Origin: Deltaproteobacteria bacterium
Lineage (GTDB): Bacteria; Myxococcota; Kuafuiibacteriia; Kuafuiibacteriales; Kuafuiibacteriaceae
Length of the DNA: 64,000 bases
Reading direction: 5' to 3'
Assembly: GCA_040218735.1 (NCBI GenBank)
Contig: JAVJQW010000046.1
Location: 346,361 to 410,360 of the forward strand
The translations under genes were made by a program, and so were the position numbers. Shown here piece by piece: positions 19,625 to 30,041 of this stretch. The stretch's first letter is position 1, and each line of letters opens with the position of its first letter. Below the pieces are notes generated by a model, which made no database searches, had not been told where the DNA came from, and worked only from the letters and a program-made list of their open reading frames with translations.

Positions 19625-21138
19625 CGGACCCAGTCGTCGTCATCGGTTCTGGCTTCGGCGGCCTCGCCGCCGCGGTTCGCATGCGCGCCAAAGGCCACCG
19701 CGTCGTCGTGCTCGAGGCGCGCGATCAGCCGGGCGGTCGCGCCTCGGTGTTCCGGCGCGACGGTTTCACGTTCGACGCGGGACCGACGGTCATCACCGCG
19801 CCGTACCTGCTCTCCGAGCTGTTCGACCTCGTGGGGCGAGACGCCCGCGACTACTACGAGCTGATGCCGGTCGATCCGTTCTACCGGATCGAGATGCACG
19901 ACGGTTCGCGCTTCGACTACGTCGGCGACGAAGATCGGCTGATCACGCAGATTCGCAACTTTGACGCGCGTGACGTCGACGGCTACCGCGAGCTGGTGAA
20001 ACACGTCCGGCAGATCTTCGACATCGGTTACACCGAGCTGTCCGACGTCCCGTTCGACAAGATCACCGACATGCTCCGCGTCGTACCGGACCTCATGCGA
20101 CTCGAGAGCTACCGGTCGGTGTACAGCCTCGTCGCGAAGTACATCCGCGACGAACGCCTCCGCCAGGTCTTCACGTTCCAGCCGCTGCTGGTCGGCGGGA
20201 ACCCGTTCAAGGTCACGTCGATCTACACGCTCATCCACTGGCTCGAGCGCAAGTGGGGCGTCTACTTCGCGAAGGGCGGCACGACCGCGATCATCCACGC
20301 GCTGGTGCAGCTCCTCGAAGAGCTCGACGTCGACGTGCGGATGAACGCACCCGTCGAAGAGATCGAGGTCGACACCCAGGGCCGCGCCACCGCGGTTCGC
20401 GTCGCGGGCGGCGAGCGCATCCCGTGTTCGTTCGTGGTCGCGAACGCAGACCCGTCCGCGGTCTACACGCGCCTGATCGACGCGAAGCACCGAAGGAAAC
20501 ACACCGACCGGAGCGTCGCGCGGAAGCGTCCGTCGATGAGCCTGTTCGTCGCGTACTTCGGCGCGGACCGCACGTACGAAGACCTCGCGCACCACACGAT
20601 CGTCCTCGGCCCTCGCTACGAGGGGCTGCTGAAGGACATCTTCGATCGCAAGGTCCTCGCCGACGACTTCTCGTTGTACCTGCACGCGCCGACGCGCTCC
20701 GACCCGACGATGGCGCCGGCCGGTCACGAATGTTTCTACGTCCTGTCTCCGGTGCCCAACGCACGCAGCGGTATCGACTGGAAAGAGGAGGGGCCGCGTT
20801 ACCTCGAGCGGCTCATGAACGGGCTGGAGCAGCGGATCCTCCCCGGCCTGTCGAAGCACAAGGTCAGCCTCGACTTCGTGACCCCCGACTACTTCGCGCA
20901 GGAGCTCCGCTCCGTGGACGGCGCGGCGTTCGGGCTCGAGCCGGTCCTCCAGCAGTCCGCGTGGTTCCGCTACCACAACCGCTCCGAGGACGTGGACGGC
21001 CTGTACTTCGTCGGCGCGAGCACGCACCCCGGCGCGGGCGTGCCGGGTGTGTTGTGCACGGCGAAGGTGCTCGACCGGATGGCCCCCGAGGCCGACCACC
21101 CCGTCGCGCTCCCCGGCCTCAGGAGGCGCGCGTCGTGA
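19621..21138 (+). CDS. crtI: Phytoene desaturase
   Basis: GSGFGGL, FDAGPTVIT, SLYLHAP, QSAWFR, GASTHPGAGVPGV. Confidence 0.95.
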   Translation: MTDPVVVIGSGFGGLAAAVRMRAKGHRVVVLEARDQPGGRASVFRRDGFTFDAGPTVITAPYLLSELFDLVGRDARDYYELMPVDPFYRIEMHDGSRFDYVGDEDRLITQIRNFDARDVDGYRELVKHVRQIFDIGYTELSDVPFDKITDMLRVVPDLMRLESYRSVYSLVAKYIRDERLRQVFTFQPLLVGGNPFKVTSIYTLIHWLERKWGVYFAKGGTTAIIHALVQLLEELDVDVRMNAPVEEIEVDTQGRATAVRVAGGERIPCSFVVANADPSAVYTRLIDAKHRRKHTDRSVARKRPSMSLFVAYFGADRTYEDLAHHTIVLGPRYEGLLKDIFDRKVLADDFSLYLHAPTRSDPTMAPAGHECFYVLSPVPNARSGIDWKEEGPRYLERLMNGLEQRILPGLSKHKVSLDFVTPDYFAQELRSVDGAAFGLEPVLQQSAWFRYHNRSEDVDGLYFVGASTHPGAGVPGVLCTAKVLDRMAPEADHPVALPGLRRRAS

Positions 21139-22091
21139 CGACCGGTGAACCGCTCGCGCTCGCGCCCGTCGTCGCGCGCTCCCCGGCGGACGACGAGGCC
21201 GTCCTCGCCGCCGGCTCCAAGTCCTTCTACTGGGCGTCGCGTGTCCTGCCGAAGGACGTCCGTCGCGACGTCGCCGCGCTCTACACGTTCTGTCGCTACG
21301 TCGACGACGTCGCCGACGAGAGCCCCGACCGCGCGTGGGCGTCGGTCGAGCTCGATCGCGTCCTCGCCGAGCTCGACGGTGACGCAGAGCCACGGCCGGT
21401 CGTCGCGAACCTCCTCTCCGTCGCGCATCGCCGCGACCTCGACATCGACGCGGCCCGGTGCCTGGTCGCCGCCGTGCAGGACGACCTCGACGACGTGCGC
21501 GTCTCGAACCTCGGCGGCTTGACGCGTTACTGCTACGGCGTCGCCGGGACCGTGGGGCTGATGATGTGCAGCTTGATCGGTGTGACCGACCGACGCGCAC
21601 GCCCCCACGCGATCGATCTCGGGATCGCGATGCAGCTGACGAACATCTGCCGCGACGTCGCCGAAGACGCCGAGCGCGGGCGCGTCTACCTTCCGAAGAC
21701 GCTCCTTCGCCACGCCGGTGTCCGCGCCGACGACGTCGTCGACGGCTATGCGGATCGCCACGGCGTGCAAAGCGTGATCGAAGTGCTCCTCCAGATCGCG
21801 GACCTCTACTACGCCAGCGCCGAGCGCGGGATGCGCGCGATTCCGGTCGGGCCTCGCCTCGCCATCCTCGTCGCGGCCCGTGTCTACCGACGGATCGGCG
21901 ACAAACTCCGTCGACGAGGGACGCGCTGGTGGCGCGGGCGAACCGTGGTGTCCGCGCTCGAGAAGACCTGGGTCACCCTCGGCGCGCTCGCGCGATTCCC
22001 GTTCCTCCCCCGCCGCGACGTCCACGCACGCGGGCTCCACGTCGCGCTGCGCGGCCTCCCCGGAGCCGACGTTCGTACTCGAACACCATGA
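21135..22091 (+). CDS. crtB: Phytoene synthase
   Basis: GSKSF, YVDDVAD, YCYGVAGTVG, MQLTNICRDVAED, GRVYLP. Confidence 0.93.
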   Translation: MTTGEPLALAPVVARSPADDEAVLAAGSKSFYWASRVLPKDVRRDVAALYTFCRYVDDVADESPDRAWASVELDRVLAELDGDAEPRPVVANLLSVAHRRDLDIDAARCLVAAVQDDLDDVRVSNLGGLTRYCYGVAGTVGLMMCSLIGVTDRRARPHAIDLGIAMQLTNICRDVAEDAERGRVYLPKTLLRHAGVRADDVVDGYADRHGVQSVIEVLLQIADLYYASAERGMRAIPVGPRLAILVAARVYRRIGDKLRRRGTRWWRGRTVVSALEKTWVTLGALARFPFLPRRDVHARGLHVALRGLPGADVRTRTP

Positions 22092-22858
22092 GCCTCTTCG
22101 TCACCACTCGCGGGAGCGGCGCGCACCACTTCGTTGCGTTGCACGGTTGGGGCGCCGACCACCGGGCGTTTGCTCCCGTCGTGCGTCGCATGCCGACGGA
22201 CGTGACGCTGCACCTCATCGACCAGCCCGGTTGCGGCCAAAGCGTCGCGCCCGACGCGTGGACCGTCGATTCGATCGCGGAGCCGATCGTGCGCTACATC
22301 GACAGCCTCCCCACGGAGCGCGCGACGATCGTCGGCGCGTGCAGCGGCGCCGTCGTCGGGTTGTTCGCCGCGTTGGCTCGACCGAACCGTCTAGAACGCC
22401 TCGTCCTGATCGATCCCTTCCTCGAAGCCCCGTGGTACTTCGCGTTGTTCACCTGGCCGATCGTCGGTCGGCTCTTCTACCGATCGAGCTTCGGCAACGA
22501 TCTCGGGCGACGCATCACCAACAGCTTCGTGAGGCAGAACCGTCGCTCGGACATGACCGGGGGCTTCGCCCGTGTGCACCACGACCGCGCGCTGCGTTAC
22601 CTGCGCGCGCTCGTCACCGCGGAGCGCCCCGAGGCCGAAGCGCTGCGGCGGCTCGACGGTCGCGTCGACATCGCCGTCGGACAAAACACGTTCGGCGTAG
22701 TTCGTCGTTCGGTCGCGGAGTTCGTCGAGTTATACTGGCCCTCGACGGCGGTGACCGTGGTCGACGGTGCGGGTCATCTTCCGCTCCTCGAAGCACCTCG
22801 CGCGGTCGCGGATCGAGTACTGTGGCCGACAGACCAAAGACAAAGGAGGGCCTCGTGA
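22088..22858 (+). CDS. Alpha/beta hydrolase fold protein with Cys at the nucleophile elbow
   Basis: LHGWG oxyanion motif, DQPGCG, GACSG elbow, AGH catalytic His. Confidence 0.75.
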   Translation: MSLFVTTRGSGAHHFVALHGWGADHRAFAPVVRRMPTDVTLHLIDQPGCGQSVAPDAWTVDSIAEPIVRYIDSLPTERATIVGACSGAVVGLFAALARPNRLERLVLIDPFLEAPWYFALFTWPIVGRLFYRSSFGNDLGRRITNSFVRQNRRSDMTGGFARVHHDRALRYLRALVTAERPEAEALRRLDGRVDIAVGQNTFGVVRRSVAEFVELYWPSTAVTVVDGAGHLPLLEAPRAVADRVLWPTDQRQRRAS

Positions 22859-23775
22859 AGTCGGTAGGCGCCGAGTCCGATGGGCTGTACCCGATGCGTC
22901 TCGTGACGCGTCTGACGGGTCTCAACGCGGACACCATTCGTGCGTGGGAGCGCCGCTACGGCGCCGTGACGCCGGACCGCAGCGCGGGAAACACGCGGCG
23001 TTTTTCGCCCGATGATGTTCGACGCCTCACGCTCCTGCACGAAGCCGTCGAGCGCGGCCACACCATCGGCGCGATCGCGCACCTGTCGACCGAAGAGCTG
23101 CAGGGGATGGTCGACGACCGTTCGACGCCGCTCGATCCGTCGTCCGACCCGCCCGAGCAATCGTTCACGCAGTGGCGGCAGTCGTACCTCGGCGCGATCG
23201 CGCGCTTCGAGACACGGCGGGCGCACGAGCTGCTCACGCGCGCGGCCACGCTGATGGACCGACGCTCGCTCGTCTACGACGTCGTCCTCCCGGTCGTCCG
23301 CGAGGTCGGCGAGCGCTGGGCGGGCGGTGAGGTCGGCGTCGCGCAGGAACACATCGTCACGCGTCAGCTCACCTCCGTCCTGCAGGTCATGCTGGACTCG
23401 CAGTACCTCCCGCCCGGTGCGCCGCGCCTCTTGATGACGACGCCGCCGGGGCACCGTCACGAGTTCGGCATCCTCGTCGCGGGGCTGCTCGCCCTCGAGA
23501 AGGGCGTCGAACCGATCCACCTCGGCGTGGATCTGCCGCTGGAGGACGTCTCGTGGGCGGTGCGGATGAGCCGCGCGAACGCGCTGGTGATGTCCGTGGC
23601 GCGAGACCTGGACGAGCGGGAGACCGAGCACCTGCCCCAGCAGCTGGAGCTGGTCGCGAACTGGACTTCGCTCTGGATCGGCGCCCCCGCCGGCCACCCG
23701 CTAGTGACGCGGGTCCCGTCCGCGCGGTTCTTCCACGACTTCGACCGGTTCGAAGAAGCGCTGTCCGAGCTGTAG
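22855..23775 (+). CDS. MerR-family cobalamin-binding carotenogenesis regulator (CarA/CarH/LitR-like)
   Basis: IRAWERRYG MerR HTH, W-x9-EH (WAGGEVGVAQEH), HRHEFG B12-ligand loop; GGAGG RBS. Confidence 0.88.
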   Translation: MKSVGAESDGLYPMRLVTRLTGLNADTIRAWERRYGAVTPDRSAGNTRRFSPDDVRRLTLLHEAVERGHTIGAIAHLSTEELQGMVDDRSTPLDPSSDPPEQSFTQWRQSYLGAIARFETRRAHELLTRAATLMDRRSLVYDVVLPVVREVGERWAGGEVGVAQEHIVTRQLTSVLQVMLDSQYLPPGAPRLLMTTPPGHRHEFGILVAGLLALEKGVEPIHLGVDLPLEDVSWAVRMSRANALVMSVARDLDERETEHLPQQLELVANWTSLWIGAPAGHPLVTRVPSARFFHDFDRFEEALSEL

Positions 23776-23825
23776 CTCGGCGAGCCCCTTGTCGCCGGTC
23801 CGCCAATCGTGGCACGGCGGCGCGC

Positions 23826-25154
<1,329 letters not shown>

Positions 25155-25205
25155 AGGCGGGCGGACGCTGGCGCCGCGCCGGTAGTCTCGATATCTATCC
25201 ACGCG

Positions 25206-26540
25206 ATGGCGCTGCGTCGCGAGCTCGGAACCGTCACGGCGTTCCTGATCGGGCTCGGCGTCGCGATCGGATCCGGCATCTTCCGCACGCCGAGCCTCGT
25301 CTCGGGGGTGATCTCCGCGCCGTGGATGATCGTCGGGCTCTGGGGCCTCGGCGGGCTCTTCATCCTGTGCTCCGGCCTCGTCAGCGCGGAGCTCTCCACG
25401 CGCTTCCCGCAGGCCGGTGGTGAGTACGTCTACCTCCGCGAAGCCTACGGCGAGCTCCCCGCGTTCTTCTTCGGCTGGGGGTACACCGTGTTCATCATCG
25501 GCGGCGGCGCGGCGACGATCGCGGCCGCCTGCGGCGAGGCGAGCGCGGAGCTGTTCGGCGTGGACCAGGCCTACGCGCGTTATTTCGGCGCGGGTGCGCT
25601 CGTCGCCGTCACCGGGATCAACGCGATCGGATTGAAGGCCGGTGCGTGGATGCAGAACGTCCTCACCGCGACGAAGGTCCTCGCGATCGTCGGGGTGTCG
25701 ATCGCCGCGTTCACGTGGGGCGACTCGACCACCGACTGGACCGCCCCGCTCGTCGTCCCCGAGGACCGCACGCTGTTCGCGACGCTGGTGCTCGCGTTCC
25801 CGCCGGTGCTGTGGGCCTACGAGGGCACGACCGACGCCGTGAAGATGGCGGAGGAGGTCGACGACGTACACCGCGCGCTCCCGCGTGCGCTCATCGGTTC
25901 GGCGCTGACGCTCACGCTCCTCTACGTGACGATCAACATCGCGTACCTGTCGGTGCTCGCGCCCAGTGAGATCGCCGCTTCGCGGTTCGCGCCGAGCGAC
26001 GTGATGGCCAAGCTGTTCGGCGAGGTCGGTCACAAGGTGATGACGCTGCTGTCGCTCGTCGTCTTCTTCGGTGCGCTGAGCTCCACGATCCTCGCCACCG
26101 TGCGTGTCACGTTCGCGCTCGCCCGGGACGGCCTCGCACCGCGAGGGTTGGCGCGCATGTCGAAGTCGCAGTCGCCGGTCATCGCGTTGTGCACGGCGGC
26201 GTCCATCGCGCTGGTATTCACGCTCGCGCGCGGCTTCTCGCAGATCCTGAGCATCTACTTCCTGGCGGCGGCGGTGCTGTTCGGTCTCGCGTACGCGAGC
26301 CTGCTCGTCTTCCGTCACCGCGACCCGCCCGAGGGGCCGCCGAAGCACGTCTTCCGCGCGCCGGGCGGTCCGGTGATCGCGCTGCTGTTGATCCTGACGC
26401 AGCTCGCGATGGGGGCGATGATCGTCGTCGAGTCGCCGCTCGACAGCCTCTACACCGTGCTCCTGCTCGCGTCGCTCGCGGTGATCTACAAGGTCTGGCG
26501 TAGGTTCGTCCCGGCGACGGCGCGCGGGAAGGTCGCGTAG
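25206..26540 (+). CDS. APC family amino acid permease
   Basis: IGSGIF, AGGEYVYLREAYG, WAYEG, many TM helices. Confidence 0.88.
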   Translation: MALRRELGTVTAFLIGLGVAIGSGIFRTPSLVSGVISAPWMIVGLWGLGGLFILCSGLVSAELSTRFPQAGGEYVYLREAYGELPAFFFGWGYTVFIIGGGAATIAAACGEASAELFGVDQAYARYFGAGALVAVTGINAIGLKAGAWMQNVLTATKVLAIVGVSIAAFTWGDSTTDWTAPLVVPEDRTLFATLVLAFPPVLWAYEGTTDAVKMAEEVDDVHRALPRALIGSALTLTLLYVTINIAYLSVLAPSEIAASRFAPSDVMAKLFGEVGHKVMTLLSLVVFFGALSSTILATVRVTFALARDGLAPRGLARMSKSQSPVIALCTAASIALVFTLARGFSQILSIYFLAAAVLFGLAYASLLVFRHRDPPEGPPKHVFRAPGGPVIALLLILTQLAMGAMIVVESPLDSLYTVLLLASLAVIYKVWRRFVPATARGKVA

Positions 26541-27349
26541 TCGTGGGCGCGTAGCGCTTCGGCGTGCGTCGCTTCGAACGACGGGATCTCGGCGTCCCAC
26601 TCCAGGAGCATCGACGCGCCGCCGCAGCGCGCGTAGGCATCGCGGAACAGCTCCCAGACCGGCTCGATGACCGGGCCGATGTGGGTGTCGACGATGTGTG
26701 TGCCGTTGTTGGTGTGGCCGGCGACGTGGAACTGCACGACGCGCGTGGGGTCGATCGCGTCGAGGTACGTCTTCGGATCGTAGCCGTGGTTGAACGACGC
26801 GACGTAGATGTTGTTCACGTCGAGCAGCAACCCGCAGTCGGCCTCCGCGCACAGGCGCGCGAGGAAGTCGTACTCGGTCATCGTCGAGCCGCTGAACTCG
26901 ACGTAGCTCGACGGGTTCTCGAGCAGGAGCGGTGACTCGAGGAAGTCCTGCACCTCGCGCACGCGCTTCACGAGGTGCGCGAGCGCCTCCTCCGTGTACG
27001 GGAGCGGAAGCAGGTCGTGGGTGTTCTTGCCCGCGAAGCCCGTCCAGCAGAGGTGGTCCGACACCCAGCGCGCGCCCACGCGGTCGCGCAGCGTCTTGAG
27101 CTTCGTGAGGTAGTCGAAGTCGAGCGGGTCGGGCGAGCCGATCGACATCGACACGCCGTGCATGACGATCGGGTAGCGCTCGGCGATCTGGTCGAGGATG
27201 TAGAGCGGCCGGCCGCCGGTCTCCATGTAGTTCTCGCTGATGATCTCGAACCAGTCGACGTCCGGTTCGTTCGCGAGGATGTGCGGGTAGTGTTTCGTGC
27301 GGAGCCCGAGGCCCACGCCGAGGTTTTCGTAGCCGAACCGGTTGCTCAT
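26486..27349 (-). CDS. MNIO (DUF692) multinuclear non-heme iron RiPP-modifying enzyme
   Basis: GLGLR, EIISENY, HGVSMSIG, VSDHLCW, DLLPLPY, LENPSSY, LLDVNNIY, FHVAGH, DTH, LEWD. Confidence 0.92.
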   Translation of the reverse strand: MSNRFGYENLGVGLGLRTKHYPHILANEPDVDWFEIISENYMETGGRPLYILDQIAERYPIVMHGVSMSIGSPDPLDFDYLTKLKTLRDRVGARWVSDHLCWTGFAGKNTHDLLPLPYTEEALAHLVKRVREVQDFLESPLLLENPSSYVEFSGSTMTEYDFLARLCAEADCGLLLDVNNIYVASFNHGYDPKTYLDAIDPTRVVQFHVAGHTNNGTHIVDTHIGPVIEPVWELFRDAYARCGGASMLLEWDAEIPSFEATHAEALRAHDYATFPRAVAGTNLRQTL

Positions 27350-27409
27350 GACGTTGGACACCGGGCCCGACGGATCGTCACGACCCGCCGAACCCAGCGC
27401 GCTGGAGCA

Positions 27410-27814
27410 TCAGCCGACCTTGCAGCCGCCCTGACCCTTGCACGTGTTCTGGCCCTTGCACTCGTGCTTGCCGTCGACCTTGCAGCCGCCCTGACCCTTG
27501 CACTCGTTCTGGCCCTTGCAGTCGTGCTTGGCCGTGGCGCAGCCGCCCATGCCCTTGCAGTCGTTCTTGCCGCCGCAGTCGTGTTTGCCTTCGACCGCGC
27601 AGCCGCCCTGGCCCTTACAGGCGTTCAGGCCCTTACACGCGTGCTTCGCCGGCGCGGCGGTGGCGGCGGCGCTGGAGCTCGCGGTGTCGGCTTCGGCGCT
27701 CTCGGCCGGCGCCGAGGAGGCCCCGTCCGCCGGGGGTTTGTTGGAGGCACACGCGAGCCCGCCCATCATCAGGCCGGAGATCGCAGCGGTTACGAACGGA
27801 TTGGTCTTCTTCAT
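27410..27814 (-). CDS. Cys-rich lipoprotein, putative MNIO precursor (bufferin-like)
   Basis: MKKTN signal with GLAC lipobox, Ala/Ser linker, four KHxCxGxNxCKGxGGC repeats; 60 bp upstream of DUF692. Confidence 0.8.
   Translation of the reverse strand: MKKTNPFVTAAISGLMMGGLACASNKPPADGASSAPAESAEADTASSSAAATAAPAKHACKGLNACKGQGGCAVEGKHDCGGKNDCKGMGGCATAKHDCKGQNECKGQGGCKVDGKHECKGQNTCKGQGGCKVG
27415..27535. repeat. Near-identical 60-bp tandem repeat encoding precursor core repeats 3 and 4
   Basis: gaccttgcagccgccctgacccttgcac...gttctggcccttgca.tcgtgcttg occurs twice at 60-bp spacing. Confidence 0.8.
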
Positions 27815-27938
27815 CTTCTCAGTTGGTCCTTCTGTAGCCCTCGATCGAGGCCTTGATTTCGATATGCCGTGAGGCACCCACGGTTACGCGACCGTCGCCG
27901 CGCGTTACGTGTTTTCGACGTCAGACTACAGATCGGAC

Positions 27939-28011
27939 GAACGGGCAACCCCCCGACCCGGACAGGGGCCGAGGGGTTACGCCGTTCAACTGAGGCTCAA
28001 CCGAGCTTCAG
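27939..28011 (-). terminator. Two GC-rich hairpins downstream of flgE
   Basis: gaacgg..aacccc / ggggtt..ccgttc (27939-27987) and ctgaggctc / gagcttcag (27990-28011); no clear U-tract. Confidence 0.35.
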
Positions 28012-28018
28012 CGGGGGA

Positions 28019-29305
28019 TTAGCGCTTGAGGTTCACGGTCTCGACGAGGAGCTCGTCGGCCGTGGTGATGGTGCGCGAGGTGGCCTGGTAGGCGCGCTGG
28101 TCGGTGATCAGGTTGACGAACTCCGTGGAGAGATCGACGTTCGACGACTCGAGCGCGGACCCCTGCAGGGAGCCTCGACCGCCGGCGCCGGCGAAGCCGA
28201 TCGCGGCCTCGCCGCTGAGGGGTGTCTGCTGGAAGAGCGTCCCGCCCATGCGCGTGAGGTTCACCTCCGAAGTGAAGCTGGCCAGCGCGACGCGGCCGAC
28301 GGTGCGGACGCGACCGTCGTTGTAGCGCGCGTCGATCGTGCCGTCGGTGTTGATCGCGACCTCCAGGAACTCGGCCGGCGCGGAGCCGTCCTGCCCGGCG
28401 GCGCGGACCGCGTAGCTGGCGTTGACGTCGTGGCTCACACCGGTCGACCCGGCGAAGTCGAAGTTGATCGACTGTCCGGCGGTCGCGCCGAGGAAGTCCA
28501 CCGGCGTCGTCGTCACCGCGGTCTGGTTGTTGAACGCGCCGCTCGTCATGTTGACGGTGCCGGTCTCGATCGTGATCGGCGTACCGGCGGTGCCGCCGAC
28601 GGTCTCACCGCCGTCGACCTGCGCGTGGTACTCCCACGACGTGAGGCTGCGCTTCACGAAGTACACGTCGACGCGGTGGCCGTTGCCGATCGAGTCGTAG
28701 ACGGTCATCGTCGTCTGGTCGCTGTACGTCGCCGGGTCCGTCGGGTCGAACGCGGGCGCCGGAGCGGCCGGCGTCGGGATCACCGCGTCCTGCGGGTTGC
28801 CGTTGAACTGGATCTCCAGGTTCGCCGTCGTGGTCGCGACCGGCGGCAGCAGGCCCGTGTTGAGCTGCAGATCGCCGAGCGTCGGCAGGATGTTGCCCCG
28901 CGCGTCCGCCGGGTAGCCCTGCAGGCGGAGGTTGTCCGAGTTCACGAGGAAGCCGCTGTTGTCGGTCGTGAACTGACCGGCGCGGCTGTAGAACTGCCCG
29001 TCCGTGCCGCCCACGCTGCCGCGCAGCGTGAAGAAGCCCTTGCCCGAGATCGCCATGTCGGTCGCGCGTGCGCTGCCGAGGATGGTGCCCTGGTGGAACA
29101 ACGATTCGATCGACGCGACCCGCGAGCCGGCGCCGAGGTCACCCACGCCGACGATGTTCTGCGTGAGGACGTCCTGGAACACCGCGCGCGAGCTGCGGTG
29201 ACCGACGGTGTTGATGTTGGCGATGTTGTCACTGGTGACGCTCAGCGAGCGCCCGGTCGACTGAATGCCCGACAACCCAGCATTCATCATCCTCGAGATG
29301 GTCAT
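28019..29305 (-). CDS. flgE: Flagellar hook protein
   Basis: SDNIANINTVG, DMAISGKGFF, YSRAGQF, LESSNVDLSTEF. Confidence 0.93.
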   Translation of the reverse strand: MTISRMMNAGLSGIQSTGRSLSVTSDNIANINTVGHRSSRAVFQDVLTQNIVGVGDLGAGSRVASIESLFHQGTILGSARATDMAISGKGFFTLRGSVGGTDGQFYSRAGQFTTDNSGFLVNSDNLRLQGYPADARGNILPTLGDLQLNTGLLPPVATTTANLEIQFNGNPQDAVIPTPAAPAPAFDPTDPATYSDQTTMTVYDSIGNGHRVDVYFVKRSLTSWEYHAQVDGGETVGGTAGTPITIETGTVNMTSGAFNNQTAVTTTPVDFLGATAGQSINFDFAGSTGVSHDVNASYAVRAAGQDGSAPAEFLEVAINTDGTIDARYNDGRVRTVGRVALASFTSEVNLTRMGGTLFQQTPLSGEAAIGFAGAGGRGSLQGSALESSNVDLSTEFVNLITDQRAYQATSRTITTADELLVETVNLKR

Positions 29306-29384
29306 GGTCTGAACTCCTCTTCATTGTTCCGCCGCTTATCCTCGCGGCGGGGTTCGTACTGTCTCTCTTCGTACAAAGAGACGG

Positions 29385-30041
29385 TTAGTTGAGCACCCGC
29401 ACGACGTTGGCGGGATCGATCCTCAGCGCGTCGGCCATCAGCTTCGCGGCGCCGTCCTCGTAGGTGACGCCGTCGATACGTTTGGTCGCGTAGAGTGTGG
29501 CTTCCACCGGATCCGAGTCCGGTGACTGCGTGTCGAGTCGGTACCGGTAGCTCCCGGGGGGGAGGCGGTTGCCGTTGGTGTCGGTGCCGTCCCACTCGAC
29601 GGAGGACAGCCCGGTCTCCGCGGGGGCGCGGATCTTGGCGACGACGCGGCCGCGGTCGTCGATGATCTCGACGCTATTGGTGACCGCGGGGCGCGAGAGC
29701 TCGAAGTTGATCAGCGTGTTGCCTTGCGACTCGAGATCGATCTGGTCGCCCTCGAAGACGGCGGTGCGACCCACGAGATCCACGGTCTGGCCCTGCAGCA
29801 CACCCGCCTGCGCGACGGCGAGGGAGTCCATGCCCTCGTTGATCGAAGTGAGCTGCTCCAGGTTGGAGAACGTCGCGAGCTGCGCGACGAAGTCGGCACC
29901 CTCGAGCGGCTCCAGCGGGTTCTGGTTGGACAGCTGCGCGATGAGGAGCTGAAGGAACTGGTCCTTGCCGAGCTCTTGGTTGGCGGGCGCGCCTGCGAGT
30001 GAGCTCGCGGCGTTAGCGCCGTTCAGGCCGTTGATTTCCAT
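29385..30041 (-). CDS. flgD: Flagellar hook capping protein
   Basis: LGKDQFLQLLIAQLSNQNPLEP, WDGTDTNG. Confidence 0.92.
   Translation of the reverse strand: MEINGLNGANAASSLAGAPANQELGKDQFLQLLIAQLSNQNPLEPLEGADFVAQLATFSNLEQLTSINEGMDSLAVAQAGVLQGQTVDLVGRTAVFEGDQIDLESQGNTLINFELSRPAVTNSVEIIDDRGRVVAKIRAPAETGLSSVEWDGTDTNGNRLPPGSYRYRLDTQSPDSDPVEATLYATKRIDGVTYEDGAAKLMADALRIDPANVVRVLN

Noticed and set aside
27415-27650. Regularly spaced repeats that might suggest a CRISPR array
   Set aside because: In-frame coding repeats without unique spacers; no cas genes.
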